64,000 nt of DNA from Pirellulales bacterium (GCA_963733035.1 CAVTBU010000005.1:288001-352000); one strand, 5' to 3'. Counted from the first letter of the stretch, positions 42,411-53,605 are shown. A program made the numbers and translations. Notes: a model not told the origin generated them from the sequence alone.

Positions 42411-43505
42411 GTTGCCGCATCGCTCGCTCGGCCCGGCCGGCGCTGAATCAAGGGCGCGGGCGATCACCTCTTCGCGCTTTCCCTCGGTCCATGCCTGGAT
42501 GGTCTCCGAGTCGCTCAGGCCAACCAGGCGGCCCACGAGCAGGAAAGCCATCACGGCGTGCTGTTCGGTGTTCCAGCGGGCCATTTCCACCAGGGGCGCA
42601 AGAGACTGTTCGCGAAGCTTTCGGAGGACTTGCTTGTTGCCGCCGCTGGTGAGCCCCAGTAGCACGAACATTGCCTTATTGCGATCCGTCCATGTGACAG
42701 ACTCGAGCAGATCGAGATACGTCTCGATGGGAGCGGTGGCACGCAGTTCCGGTTGTTCGTCGGCACCCTCAAGGATCACGCCGAGGGCGCGCACGGCGGC
42801 GTTGCGGACCCGTGCGTCGGCGTCCCTGGCGGCGAAGTTCAGTTCGCTGGCGGCTTGCGCTTTGTTGTCGGCATGCCCCAGCACGGTTGCGGCGATGCGT
42901 CGCTGTTCGGCACTCGCGGACGTTCGCAACACCTCGACCAGGCGGCTGTCGTGTCGGTTGGCAAGATCCGCGAATGACTCCTCCGCCTTTTGCAGATCGC
43001 GCTCTCGTTCGACGTCGCTTTGGCCGGCACCTTCGTGGTTCGGATTGCCAACGCGAAAAAGTGTTCGATATGCCCGCTCCCAAGTGCGATGCGCGTCGAC
43101 AATCTCCGCGGGCAGCGTGGTGTTCGAACTCGGAGCTTCGCGGAACATGACCGTGCCGCTGCCGGTCTCTTGGATGCCAAGATACACCGTCGGCACTATC
43201 GGGCTTTCGGTAGCCACGTCGGGCCGGCGTAACCGAATTACCGTCACCTTGGCCTTCTCGACGCCTGCGATCGCCTCCAACGCCCTCACCATTTTCTTGA
43301 TCTCGGCGGCGTCCGGCACGGGATCACCGGTGCGGACCCCAGCAGCCTCGAGCACGGCGGTCCGGCTCACCTTCTGGAGGCCGTAGGTGTCAATCGTGGC
43401 AATCGTCGGCTCACCACCACGGGCGGGCGGCGAGCCCGCCAGATAAATGACGAGCCAAACAAAGGCGGGCAAGTGCCCCGCACACCAGTGGACTTGGCAA
43501 GTCAT
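42318..43505 (-). CDS. HEAT-repeat protein with POTRA-like N-terminal domain
   Basis: Hydrophobic leader, IDTYGLQKVSRTAVL..GVRTGD, then DADARVRNAAVRAL HEAT repeats. Start uncertain; 3' end overlaps the opposite gene. Confidence 0.65.
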   Translation of the reverse strand: MTCQVHWCAGHLPAFVWLVIYLAGSPPARGGEPTIATIDTYGLQKVSRTAVLEAAGVRTGDPVPDAAEIKKMVRALEAIAGVEKAKVTVIRLRRPDVATESPIVPTVYLGIQETGSGTVMFREAPSSNTTLPAEIVDAHRTWERAYRTLFRVGNPNHEGAGQSDVERERDLQKAEESFADLANRHDSRLVEVLRTSASAEQRRIAATVLGHADNKAQAASELNFAARDADARVRNAAVRALGVILEGADEQPELRATAPIETYLDLLESVTWTDRNKAMFVLLGLTSGGNKQVLRKLREQSLAPLVEMARWNTEQHAVMAFLLVGRLVGLSDSETIQAWTEGKREEVIARALDSAPAGPSERCGNSKRDDGRKLQHEEEYRGKGTHQTGKQPHSK

Positions 43506-43678
43506 AACAATTGGCCCTCCATCTGGCACGCCACGGCTCACATCCGGCGAGTACTGGGGATAGCCTACGCTCGTTGGATTGACCGTCAACCCAGGCGAGC
43601 TGCGATATGCAGGGAGCGTGATGGCGAGTCTTACCTTCGGCGTCCGACGTAGACAAAAGCAATCACACAACGCGATCG

Positions 43679-43724
43679 AAAAAAGATGGCCCGCTGGCTA
43701 TTTTTGGAAAAAGCCAGCGGGCCA
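43679..43724 (-). terminator. Intrinsic terminator after the redoxin/monooxygenase gene
   Basis: TGGCCCGCTGGCT / AGCCAGCGGGCCA stem followed by TCTTTTTT on the minus strand. Confidence 0.8.
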
Positions 43725-43751
43725 GGAAGAATTTGTTTCGCGTCCGATTTG

Positions 43752-46169
43752 CTAACGGGCCGCCTGGGCGTTGTCTTTGCCGTCTTTCGGCGCGGTCATC
43801 ACCTGGGCCAGGCCGGTCAGCAGGGCTTGGGCCGGCGGCGTGAAGGCAGCCGGGTCCTTGCTCCAGAAGTTGACTGTCACGCGTTGACCATTAACTGTGG
43901 CCGGCACGTGCAGGCTCGATTTCACTCCCCGGGCAAGCATCGCCTCGACCAGCTTGCCGTGGGCTTTCGACAGATCGTTGTTCACGACCACTTTGTCGCC
44001 CGCGGCATATTCGGCCAGGCTTTCGCCTTCGGCATTGACGGCTGGCAACGGTGCATTGATGCTTGCGGGCAACGACTTGCCGCCGGCGGCCTTCTGTTTG
44101 GCCTCGGTAATCAGTCGCTCGACCTCCTTTTCACCTTCATCATCGTCTTCCTCATCGTGGTGGCCCGGCGGTCCGCTCCGAGGTCCAAGCATTTCGACAA
44201 CCTTGCCGTCTTTGACCGTGGTGATGCAAACCCGATCGACCTGCGGAACCATACTTCGCAGAATGAAGCCAAACTGCCGGAAGATCCCCGGATCGACCAG
44301 CGCCATGTAGGCCCCGACCTTGATGTTGTCGTCCGGCTCACCCTTGGTGGCCGCTAGAATCACGTTGAATTGTTCGACCCGTGAAAGCGGCTTCGGCTGC
44401 GTCTCGGGATGCTGAAGATCTTCGTGAGCCGGCGTGGCCTCAAAGAAGCCGATCATCATTTCGTCGAACGTTTGATCGCCGAAACCGATCGTCTTCGTCG
44501 GATCGGGGTTGTTCAAATTGTCCTCCGAGTTGTCGAACACGGCATAGCAATCCATCCGCGTGCCGCGCGGCATCAGCTTGGGCTCGGCCAACCGATAGTT
44601 CGTCTGCCAGCCGAAATCGTAATGCGGCACGTCGAGCAGCACTTCCTTTTTGCCATCCGGATACGTCGCTTCGTAGCGGAACGCCTTGCCACGCAGGTGC
44701 ATGTGCGGCATCAGCGTCAACAGGAGCGAATCGTCGCGGAAAATGTAGCGAGCCTTGACCGGAAAATCCGGGTTGCCGGGCGGAATCTGAAATACCGCAT
44801 TGACGGCGCTGTTGACTTGGACTTCCCTCTTGACCGTCTTAGGATCGGCAAAGACAAACCCGCAGTAGCTGCGATCATCCTGCGCGGTGCCGTTTGGCGT
44901 GTAGTGCATCTGGAAGATCAACTTTGAACCGGCTGGCACAAAGCGGGCGAGCCCCTGTGTAAGGGGTTCAGGACGAAGCCCCGGCGCGTAGGCCCCTAGG
45001 AAATCGTTGCCGCTACCAAGGCCGTTGTTAATATTGCCGTCGGGCGGCAGCACAAAAATCAGAATGTGATGCACGACCGCCGGGTTGCCGGGCCGTGGTT
45101 CGATCGCGGCAATCCACTTATCTTCCTTCCAGCCCGGATCAGCGACGAACATCTGATAGTCGACGATGCCCGTGGCCGGCACGTGAAACGGCTTGTCTCC
45201 CATGTACAAAACTTGGTCGGGCTGTGGAATCATCCAACCCTCGGCAAATTTCGGCGGCTCAGGCAGGTCCTTCGGATCGCCCTCGGGCGCGCCGTTGGCA
45301 ACCCACTTGGCAATCGTCGCTTTGTCGGCGACGCTCATACGAGCATCGTTTTCGAAATGGCCGAACTGCTCGTTGGCGTGCCAGGGGGGCATCCGTTCGA
45401 GCCGCACAACCTCGTCAATCATCGAAGCCCAACCCGCGACGTCGTCGTAGCTGGTAAGCGTAAAGGGAGCGATCTGTCCTTCGCGGTGGCAGAACACGCA
45501 ATTGGCGTTCATGATCCGCGCGATCTGATTGGAATAGGTGACATCGCTATCGACGATTGGTTCGAGGTCTCGGCCAATCAAACAGCCCGCGGCAGGCGTT
45601 TCGCCCTTGAGGATTGGTTTGTCTGCCAGCAGGGCATCGATCGCGTCGGCCAGATTGTTCTCGGTCGCCTCGGACCGTTGATAGTTCTGGTTTTGCTGGA
45701 ACCCATACTGGTCGTCGATGCGGCCCCGATAGCGAATCGCACCGTCCTGGTCGAGTACGACGACCTCCGGAGTGCGTGTGGCGCCGACGGCGTTCGCTAC
45801 CTGCTGCTTGAGATCCTTGAGAATCGGGAACTCGACTCTATGCGACCGGGCAAAGGCGGCGATTTCAGTCACGGCGTCTTGCCGATTGGGGTCCAAACCC
45901 AGGAAGACCACGCCCTTCGGTTCGTACTTTTCGGCCAATGCAACCAGCCGCGTCGCATAGATCTTGGCTAGCGGGCACTCCGTTCCCAGGAACGCGAGGA
46001 CCACGATCTTGCCGCGGCCGGCGTCCTTCAGCGAGTGCGGTTGACCGAGATAGTCGCGAAGCGTGAAATCCGACACTTTTGTGCCGAGCGGAGCTGGTTC
46101 CAAGGCCGCCAGTGCCGTGGAGCCGCAGACAGCGGCTAGAACCGCGAGCGAAAGGGCGGTGGTTCGCAT
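43752..46169 (-). CDS. Redoxin + CxxCH + copper type II monooxygenase-like + C-terminal GAF-like fusion
   Basis: Signal peptide; FLGTECPL..GATRTPE..YRGRIDD; CVFCH; VHH, HY, PHMHLRG, EM Cu-ligand motifs; GAF-like tail; GAGGTG SD. Confidence 0.85.
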   Translation of the reverse strand: MRTTALSLAVLAAVCGSTALAALEPAPLGTKVSDFTLRDYLGQPHSLKDAGRGKIVVLAFLGTECPLAKIYATRLVALAEKYEPKGVVFLGLDPNRQDAVTEIAAFARSHRVEFPILKDLKQQVANAVGATRTPEVVVLDQDGAIRYRGRIDDQYGFQQNQNYQRSEATENNLADAIDALLADKPILKGETPAAGCLIGRDLEPIVDSDVTYSNQIARIMNANCVFCHREGQIAPFTLTSYDDVAGWASMIDEVVRLERMPPWHANEQFGHFENDARMSVADKATIAKWVANGAPEGDPKDLPEPPKFAEGWMIPQPDQVLYMGDKPFHVPATGIVDYQMFVADPGWKEDKWIAAIEPRPGNPAVVHHILIFVLPPDGNINNGLGSGNDFLGAYAPGLRPEPLTQGLARFVPAGSKLIFQMHYTPNGTAQDDRSYCGFVFADPKTVKREVQVNSAVNAVFQIPPGNPDFPVKARYIFRDDSLLLTLMPHMHLRGKAFRYEATYPDGKKEVLLDVPHYDFGWQTNYRLAEPKLMPRGTRMDCYAVFDNSEDNLNNPDPTKTIGFGDQTFDEMMIGFFEATPAHEDLQHPETQPKPLSRVEQFNVILAATKGEPDDNIKVGAYMALVDPGIFRQFGFILRSMVPQVDRVCITTVKDGKVVEMLGPRSGPPGHHDEEDDDEGEKEVERLITEAKQKAAGGKSLPASINAPLPAVNAEGESLAEYAAGDKVVVNNDLSKAHGKLVEAMLARGVKSSLHVPATVNGQRVTVNFWSKDPAAFTPPAQALLTGLAQVMTAPKDGKDNAQAAR

Positions 46170-46418
46170 GGGACACCTCAACGTTGTATGGGAGAGTGTT
46201 TTGACTGAGATTGGTGCGGCCGATCGCCTTCCTGTTCCAACCACACGCGGGGGGAGGTGCTTGGCGGACATTCTAATCGAATGGCAAGCTCGCCTCCATG
46301 CCGATTGCCCAGCCACTTTACGCCCGACAGCGTGCTACGAGAAGATTCGCCCCGTTTCGCCCGATCTTGGCAAACGTGGCACGAAAAAACCTCGACCCGG
46401 ATGGTGAGGACGAAAAGA

Positions 46419-47798
46419 CTATTTGCCGATGCAAAACCGGCTGAATACTCGATCCAGGATGTCATCGGTATAGACGGCGCCGACCACCTTGCCAAGTTCG
46501 GTCAGGGCAATGCGGAGTTCCGCGGCAATTAATTCCTCGCCGGTTTTGTTGGCGTTCAGTTTCCGAGCTTGCTCGAGGGCGTCGCACGCGGCGCGCAGAC
46601 TGCCAGCACACCGCTCAGCCGTCAAGAAGGTCGCGAGATGACGATGCACCAAATCGCCGAGACGCGAACCTAACTCTCGGCGGAGTTGGCCGACACCCGC
46701 CCCCGTGGCGGCACTGACCTCAAGGGCCGTGTATTGGCGGTTCTCAACGGCTTCTGACACGCCAGACTCCAGGTCGCACTTAGTGAAGACAATCAGGCGA
46801 GTCCCCACCGGCGGCGTGGCCATACGCGATTCTTCCCATGCGTTCGGCGGACGACTGCAGTCCAGGCACAACAGTTCAATGTCGCAGTTCTCAGCAGCCA
46901 CGGCGGAAAGCTGTTGTGCCGAAAACTGAACTGAATCCTCCATCGCCGTGGCATCGTGTCCGGCAGTATCGATAAGTTGGCAGCCCAGGCCATCGACGTT
47001 GAGAGCCGTCGTCACGTAGTCGCGCGTTGTCCCCGCCTCATTGGAAACGAGTGCGGCCGTATTAGCCGCCAAGGCATTAAACAGCGTGCTTTTGCCAACA
47101 TTCGGCCAACCAACAAGTGCAACACGGGGCAAAGCATCCGTTCGTCGCCGCGTCTGAAGCTGACGAAAAGTGCTGTGGAGCGACTCCAAAGCAACCTCAA
47201 GCTGTTCCGAAATTGTCTGGCGGCTGACGAACTCGATGTCTTCCTCGACGAAGTCCAGCCCCGCCTCGAGGTGAGCCAGCAGTTCAAGCAGCGACTCCCT
47301 TAGGCGGTGCAGCGGGTTGGCCAATCCCCCGGCAAGTTGGTCGAGCGCGACCCGAAGCTCGTCATCGCCGCGAGCGTCGATCACCCCCAGCACGGCTTCG
47401 GCCTGGGTCAAATCGAGTCTGCCTGCCAGAAACGCACGTAACGTAAATTCCCCGGGTTCGGCGAGCCGTGCTCCTGCCAAACAGACAGCGTCGATCACGG
47501 ATGAGACGAAGGGAGCCGAGCCGATCGTATGAATCTCCGCCGCCGGCTGCCGCGTGTAGCTTCGGCTGTCAGGCCAGTAGTAGACAGTGACCGGCAACTC
47601 CACCTTGGCATTAGGCAATTCGACCGTACCATCGGTGGTCGTGGGCTCCCGAGCGGACTGAAGTTGGCGATCGAGCGGGACATGAATGCAACCGGAGAGA
47701 ATCGTTCCGGTCGCCGGACCCGAGATTCGCACGATGCCTCGTGCGGCACCGCCAGATGCGGAGGCAATCGCCGCAATAGTATCCTCAGGATGATACAC
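46419..47798 (-). CDS. mnmE: tRNA modification GTPase MnmE
   Basis: DTIAAIAS, AEPGEFTLRAF, GWPNVGKS, GTTRD, DTAG, FCIGK C-terminus. Confidence 0.96.
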   Translation of the reverse strand: MYHPEDTIAAIASASGGAARGIVRISGPATGTILSGCIHVPLDRQLQSAREPTTTDGTVELPNAKVELPVTVYYWPDSRSYTRQPAAEIHTIGSAPFVSSVIDAVCLAGARLAEPGEFTLRAFLAGRLDLTQAEAVLGVIDARGDDELRVALDQLAGGLANPLHRLRESLLELLAHLEAGLDFVEEDIEFVSRQTISEQLEVALESLHSTFRQLQTRRRTDALPRVALVGWPNVGKSTLFNALAANTAALVSNEAGTTRDYVTTALNVDGLGCQLIDTAGHDATAMEDSVQFSAQQLSAVAAENCDIELLCLDCSRPPNAWEESRMATPPVGTRLIVFTKCDLESGVSEAVENRQYTALEVSAATGAGVGQLRRELGSRLGDLVHRHLATFLTAERCAGSLRAACDALEQARKLNANKTGEELIAAELRIALTELGKVVGAVYTDDILDRVFSRFCIGK

Positions 47799-47812
47799 GA
47801 CGGGGGCCCGAG

Positions 47813-50168
47813 TTACTTGCGGCCACGTTGACGCTTCTTGACGCCCGCGGCCCCGTTGCCGCTGGCACTCGCCGCGACGGTGGCGGCCTCACCCTCAGTT
47901 TTTTTTTGTGCCTTGGGAAGCAATTTTCGCTCGCAAACGCCCCACAAGCTCGATGCAATAAAGTAAACACACAGCCCACTGGCAACCTTGAAGAACAGGA
48001 TGCCCATGAAAATCATCATGTATTGCATCATCTTCTGTTGCATCGCAGCCTGCTCGTCGGCGGCCGGGGGCATAAACATCTTCTGCTGCCAAATAAACAG
48101 GGCAATCGTTACCAGGGGCAAGACATTCAAGTACGGGCCTAGCCCAAAGATGCCCGTACCGCTGGTAATGAATGGAGGCATGATGTGCGACCAATTCCAG
48201 AGCATATCCGGCGCGGCCAGATTTGAGGCCCAGCGAATGCTTTCGCTAAACAAGGGTGCCTGCCGCAGCTCGACGTCGACCATCAGGGAACGGTACAAAC
48301 CCACGAAGATTGGCAATTGGGCAAATGCCAACAGACATCCGCCGACCGGATTGTAGTTATGCTGGCGGAACAAATCCTGGGTCGTGCGCGTTCGCTTTTC
48401 GGCATCATTCTTGTACTTCTCGTTGATTCGCTTCATCTCAGGCTGCAATTCTTGCATCTTCTGCGCCGAGAGCCTGTTTGCGGCTGAGCGGGAACATGCA
48501 TCCGCGAACCAATACCGTAAGTACGATGATCGCGATGCCGTAATTGCCCACGATGGAATAGAAGAAGTGCAACACGCCGTTGAGCACGCGGGCAATGGGA
48601 CTAAACCAGCCGTAGTAGACCAACGGTCTGAGCGAGCCACCGGCCTGGCCATACTGGTCGAGTAATGCCGGGCGTTTCGGACCGGCGAACACCTGGAAGT
48701 GGTGTTCGAGCGGTGGACCGTCAGGTGCTATTTCAACCGCGAAGCTGTCCACTCGAAACGAGACGTTGATCAGTCGCTTGTCGGATGATTCTTCAGGAAC
48801 ATCGCCGAAACGGCGCGGCACGATGGATTGAAAGAGAATCTCGTCCGGAGTCTTCTTTTGTGGTATCAACGCGGCGGAGAAGTATTGGGCGTCTACGGCG
48901 ATGAAATCCAGGGACGCGTTCGCCCCCCAATCCTTTTGAAAGTCCTCCTCGGCGAGTTGGCCAGGCGTGGTTTGTTCGAGTCCGCCCCCCTCAAATTTTG
49001 TGATCACATCACGCAGGCCGCCGCTACCCCAACTATGACTCACTTTGCTCGCATACCAGGCACCTTCAATGGGCAGGCCATTTGGGCCATCGAGTCGGTA
49101 GGCGACTTTGTGGGCCTTGTCGCCGACGTTGGCCACCGAGACATCGAGCATCAGACCATAGGCCGGATAAACCTCGTTGTCTTGCTGATCGTCGGGCACC
49201 GTCTCCAGTCGATAAGTCTTGGTGATCTCCAGGTCGAGGTTGGTGACTCGCTTGCGAAAGCGAACCATCTTGTCGCTGGCCTCGACGACTTCCCAGGCTC
49301 CGGTGCGGAGGTTCACACCACCCAGCTCCTTGTCATCGTTCGAAAGCGTCCGATCGTCAAACTGTTGAATCGTCGCCAAAAAAGAGAGCGGGTCGTGATT
49401 TCCCGGTTCGACGATCTCAACCGGCTTCCGCTCGAACTCGGGTCGAATCAGGTCGAGCGGCTGTCGCGTGAGTGTCGCGGACAGCTGCTTGGTTTCGTTG
49501 CCACGTTGGACGGTCAGTTCGATTTTTTGCCCCGGTTCCGTCGTTTCGATGGCCGCCACAAACTCCGCCGCCGTTCGAATCTTTGTCTGGTCGAGCGTCG
49601 TGATCACATCGTCCACGGCAATGCCGGCCGCAGCCGCCGGCGTCCCCTTGCCGACGACACGAACCAACGCACCACTTTTCTGTCGAGCGTCGCTCGGAGC
49701 GAGGTAGCCCAGATAGCCATAGGGCTTCTCATTCTCCAGGGCGCGGTAATGATTGAGCTCAATCTTTTCGATCGCAGCGCCGCGATTGTTCCAGGTGACG
49801 AGCATGCGGTAGGGGCTATTGCCTTGCCCCGACCCCAATGTACCACGCTGGGGTGCCGTTTCGGGTTCGCTTGGTGCCTCCTCGTTCGCGTCTGGCTGCG
49901 CGGCAGGTTTTTGCGCCGCCTCTCCTTCCGCCGGGGCGGATTGCTCGGCCGACGCATCTTGCTGGGATTCCTTTGCCGCACCCACTTCGGGCGCACGTTC
50001 GTCCGCGTCTCGCTTGTCTTCCTTTGCCGGCTCGGCCTTGGCCACTTGCTTTGCGTTAGCGCCCGGTTTCCTGGGTGGCTCCTGCCGAAAGAAAGTCGAA
50101 AACACGATCTGGTTGACCACAAAGATCAAGGCAACCAGAACTGCAAACATAGCAAAGCGTCGGTCCAC
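47813..50168 (-). CDS. yidC: Membrane protein insertase YidC with inserted PDZ domain, frameshifted near 48465
   Basis: FAGPK, YYGWF, NYGIAIIVLTVLVR, KMQELQPE, GCL..Q.PIF, W..NLAAPD, SGLCVY. Restored ORF ~785 aa; upstream of mnmE. Confidence 0.93.
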
Positions 50169-50462
50169 GGGAGGTTTCGTCCTTTAGCGGAGAAAAAAAG
50201 CAGGGGAGTCACGCTCAAGGGAGTCCGCCGGCCACGGTGCGAAACCCGGCGAGAGTTCAAGGTGACTAACCGCTAATTGTTCGACTTCGGGCGGAAGTTG
50301 CAATGGCAACAGGGTGCAACCGAGCAATTCGGAGAAATATTGGCACATCAGCCCGTGCTCTGTTAGGGCTATAACATGGCCAAAACCCTCGCTGGGGCAG
50401 GTTCGCTTCGACGCACGTATGCGGACGTTCGTGTGAGGCGGACGCCTGAGAATGGTCCCCGA

Positions 50463-51210
50463 CTAGCGCCCTTCACGGAGGCGGTCACCCAGGAAATTGT
50501 CCAATTCCGGGGTATCGTAGATCTTCTTGATCGTCTGCTCGAAGTCGTAGGACACCCGTCGGAACGTCAAGGACTTGTCTTCGAGAATCAAATAGCAGCT
50601 GCGCGGATCGCCATCACGAGGTTGTCCGACGGAGCCGACGTTGACCATCGTCTTTTCATCGCCCAGGCGGTAAGTGTAGTTCACTTCCTCGGGGCTGATG
50701 AAGTTCATGCTCTGCGTGAAAATGCCGGGTACGTGAGTATGCCCCTGAAAGCAATGGTGTTCGATCAGGCTGAAAATCTTCTCCATCTTCCGCTGGTTGT
50801 AAATGTCCTCCGGAAAGACGTACTCGTTGAGCGGATTGCGCGGATCCGTGCACATACAGGAAGCCATTCTCACGACGATTACGAGGCAACTCGCCAAGGA
50901 AATCCCAGCGCTTGGCATTATCTGCTGGGCTCCCCTGGGGGCTCTCCAATTGGTCACGGGTCCAGAAGATCGCTCGTTCCGCACCAGTGTTGAAGCCCTC
51001 GGGATCAAACAGTGCACCTTGATCGTGGTTTCCCAACAAGCACACGTCGCACCGCATCACCAAATCAATGCATTCGCGCGGATTGGGACCATAACCAATA
51101 ATGTCACCCAGACAGTAGATCTCGGTGATCGACTGCTCGCGAATGTCCTGCAACACTGCCTCGAGTGCTTCGAGGTTGCTATGAATGTCACTGATTAGTG
51201 TGCGCTTCAC
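50463..51210 (-). CDS. Calcineurin-like metallophosphoesterase, frameshifted near 50840
   Basis: [38 protein letters not shown]. Restored ORF ~249 aa. Confidence 0.9.
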
Positions 51211-51443
51211 CAAGCGGCTCACTTCACCCAATGGGGCAGTAGAGCGACCGGGGAGACCGGTCGGGTTTCAGGTAGAGGATAGGGCTCAAACACGAACCAA
51301 CCATTGAGTTTACGGAGCGGGATTTGGATGGTCAAGCGGGGAGCGTTGTGACAAAAGCGTAGGTCCGGTAAGCCTGGGCGGCAAATCGCCTCAGCCATCG
51401 GGGACGACTTCGCAACCGCGACGCAAGACGCGGCACGGTCCCC

Positions 51444-51734
51444 CTATCCGCCCGGCTTTTTCATTGCCAGGCTGTGCAGGACCAATACGGCGCCGACCGA
51501 AAGGAACGCATAACCCAACCAAGTGGGCGGCCGCAAGGTTCGGCGTGGCGTCGGTCCAGCGGCCGCCATCAAACCGTCCGAACCGTCACTGTTGCTGGCC
51601 ACAAGCTTGAATCGTTCAGCAAGGAAGTGGCTCGTTTTCTCATTGAGCACGTAGCTCTCGACCATGCGAACTTGTAGCCCCAAAAACAGGACTACCAGGC
51701 CGATCAGAAAGTACTGGTTGCGATTGATTTCCAC
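51444..51734 (-). CDS. Small two-TM hypothetical protein
   Basis: MEINRNQYFLIGLVVLFLG...WLGYAFLSVGAVLVLHS. Confidence 0.7.
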   Translation of the reverse strand: MEINRNQYFLIGLVVLFLGLQVRMVESYVLNEKTSHFLAERFKLVASNSDGSDGLMAAAGPTPRRTLRPPTWLGYAFLSVGAVLVLHSLAMKKPGG

Positions 51735-52045
51735 GACAATTGCACCTGGGGGAGTCCGCGGCTCATGGCCCTGAGGTCGTGCGAATCCCACCATCGATTC
51801 CCGGAGGAGATTCGCGTAACTCCACAATCGTATCGGGCTCCCATGAACGGCGACTTCACGCGATCGGCGCATATACGGGTTGTGTGGCGCGGCACGAAGA
51901 GGAGGGTGAATGCCACCTCCAACAGAACGTCATTTGGCCTGCGGCGTGGACGCTTGTAGCATCTACGTCGATTCGTAGGATTGAAAGGAACCTGTCGAGC
52001 CGTGCGACCACGCGGTTTTCGGGTGCAAAACGCCGGAGTGCCAGG

Positions 52046-52989
52046 ATGACGATCATCAAAAAAGTCTGGACGATCCTCGAAAAGACGATCACCCGTTGGT
52101 CACGGAATGATGGCAACCTGCTGGCTGCTTCGATGGCCTACTATGCCGCGTTCTCGTTTTACCCGTTGCTGTGGGTGCTGATATCCGTCATGGGCTACGC
52201 GCTGCGCGTCTCTTCAAGCGCGCAGAACGCACGCCAGCAACTGCTTGATTTCCTCGCCCGCAGCATGTCCCCGACCTTGGCCGACGAGGTCTCGCGACTC
52301 TTAAACGGCGTGCAAGAGCGGGCTTTTAGCGGACTAATCGTATCGTTCATTCTGCTGATCGGTGCGATCGGAATCTTCTCGCAGCTCGAAGCCGCCTTCG
52401 ATCGCTTGTGGCACGCGGTGACCCCTCATGAACGTGGCGTTCGCGCCGCGATTCTAAACGCCCTCTGGAACCGCTTGAAAGCATTCTTGACGCTCGTCGG
52501 ATTAGGTTTTGTGGTCATTTTGGCCTTTGTTGCTCAATTGCTGCTCAGCGGCATGCAAAACTGGGCGATGCAGGAAAACCTTTCTTGGACGTTTTTTCTC
52601 TGGCCGAAATTGCAATTCGTGCTCAGCATGACCCTGAACACGTTCGCGCTCGCGTTGGTCTTCAAAATGGTCCCACGGGTCACCGTGCGTTGGGGCGATG
52701 CAACAATCGGAGCCTTGGCGGTCGCGGTTAGTTGGCAAATCGGCGCGCAAATCGTGTCTCGCTACATCGTGGGAGGACACTACACGGCTTACGGTGTCGT
52801 CGGGTCATTCATCGCGATGATGCTTTGGGTCTATTGCGCGAGCATCTTGCTATTCCTCGGGCGCAGCTGGTCCAGGTGCTCGGACATCCCGAAGAGAACA
52901 ATCTCGTCACGGCAGGCAGCATTTCCGATCGCGATCGTCGCCGGGAGGAGCGGAAGAGCAGAACGCGGCGTGGCAACAACAAACGTTAA
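52046..52989 (+). CDS. YihY/virulence factor BrkB family membrane protein, frameshifted near 52860
   Basis: LAASMAYYAAFSFYP, YGVVGSFIAMMLWVY..ILLFLG|AQL. Restored ORF ~314 aa. Confidence 0.88.
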
Positions 52990-53078
52990 ACGGCGTCTAT
53001 GGCTTGAATCGTTTTCTACGGTAAACTTGAAGATCATGTTCCCAGGTGCAACTTCCTCGGCATTCGACTGGCGTTCTT

Positions 53079-53570
53079 ATGGCGGAAGTACAGTGGTATT
53101 ACGCACGAAATGACCAGCAGTTTGGCCCTGTGTCTGCCGCCGAACTGAAGCAGTTGGCCGATGCCGGGCGGCTTTCGCCCGACGATCTGTTGTGGCGCGA
53201 AGGCATGGAGTCTTGGGCAACCGCGATCAATCTGCGCGGTCTATTCAATAATGAAGCTACGGCCAACACTCCGACAACGCCACAGCCACTCGTCAACGAA
53301 TCCGTGTCGACGAGTAAACCAATCCCGTCTCAACCGGCACGCGCGCCCGGAACACGCGGCCCCCTGCCTCTTGTGTTACGAACGACGCAAATTATTTTGT
53401 GGTCGACGTGCGTGCTCGTCGTGCTCATCGGCATGGTGTTATTCACGCGGGCTTTTCTCAAGGCCGAAACAGCCAGCGACGAGGCCGCGGCCGCCGCGGT
53501 ATTTGCCACGTTCTTCATCGGAGCTTACGTGCTCGCACGCTGCGGTGAAAAGCTCTCGCGATTGTTGTAG
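53079..53570 (+). CDS. GYF_2/DUF4339 domain membrane protein
   Basis: WYYARNDQQFGPVS..LLWREGMESW followed by two TMs. Confidence 0.88.
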   Translation: MAEVQWYYARNDQQFGPVSAAELKQLADAGRLSPDDLLWREGMESWATAINLRGLFNNEATANTPTTPQPLVNESVSTSKPIPSQPARAPGTRGPLPLVLRTTQIILWSTCVLVVLIGMVLFTRAFLKAETASDEAAAAAVFATFFIGAYVLARCGEKLSRLL

Positions 53571-53605
53571 TCAATCGAGTCGGATGTGTCGTGCTCGGCA
53601 CTCCG

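Noticed and set aside
46419..50400. Replication origin near yidC-mnmE
   Set aside because: No dnaA, rpmH or rnpA, and no cluster of DnaA boxes seen.
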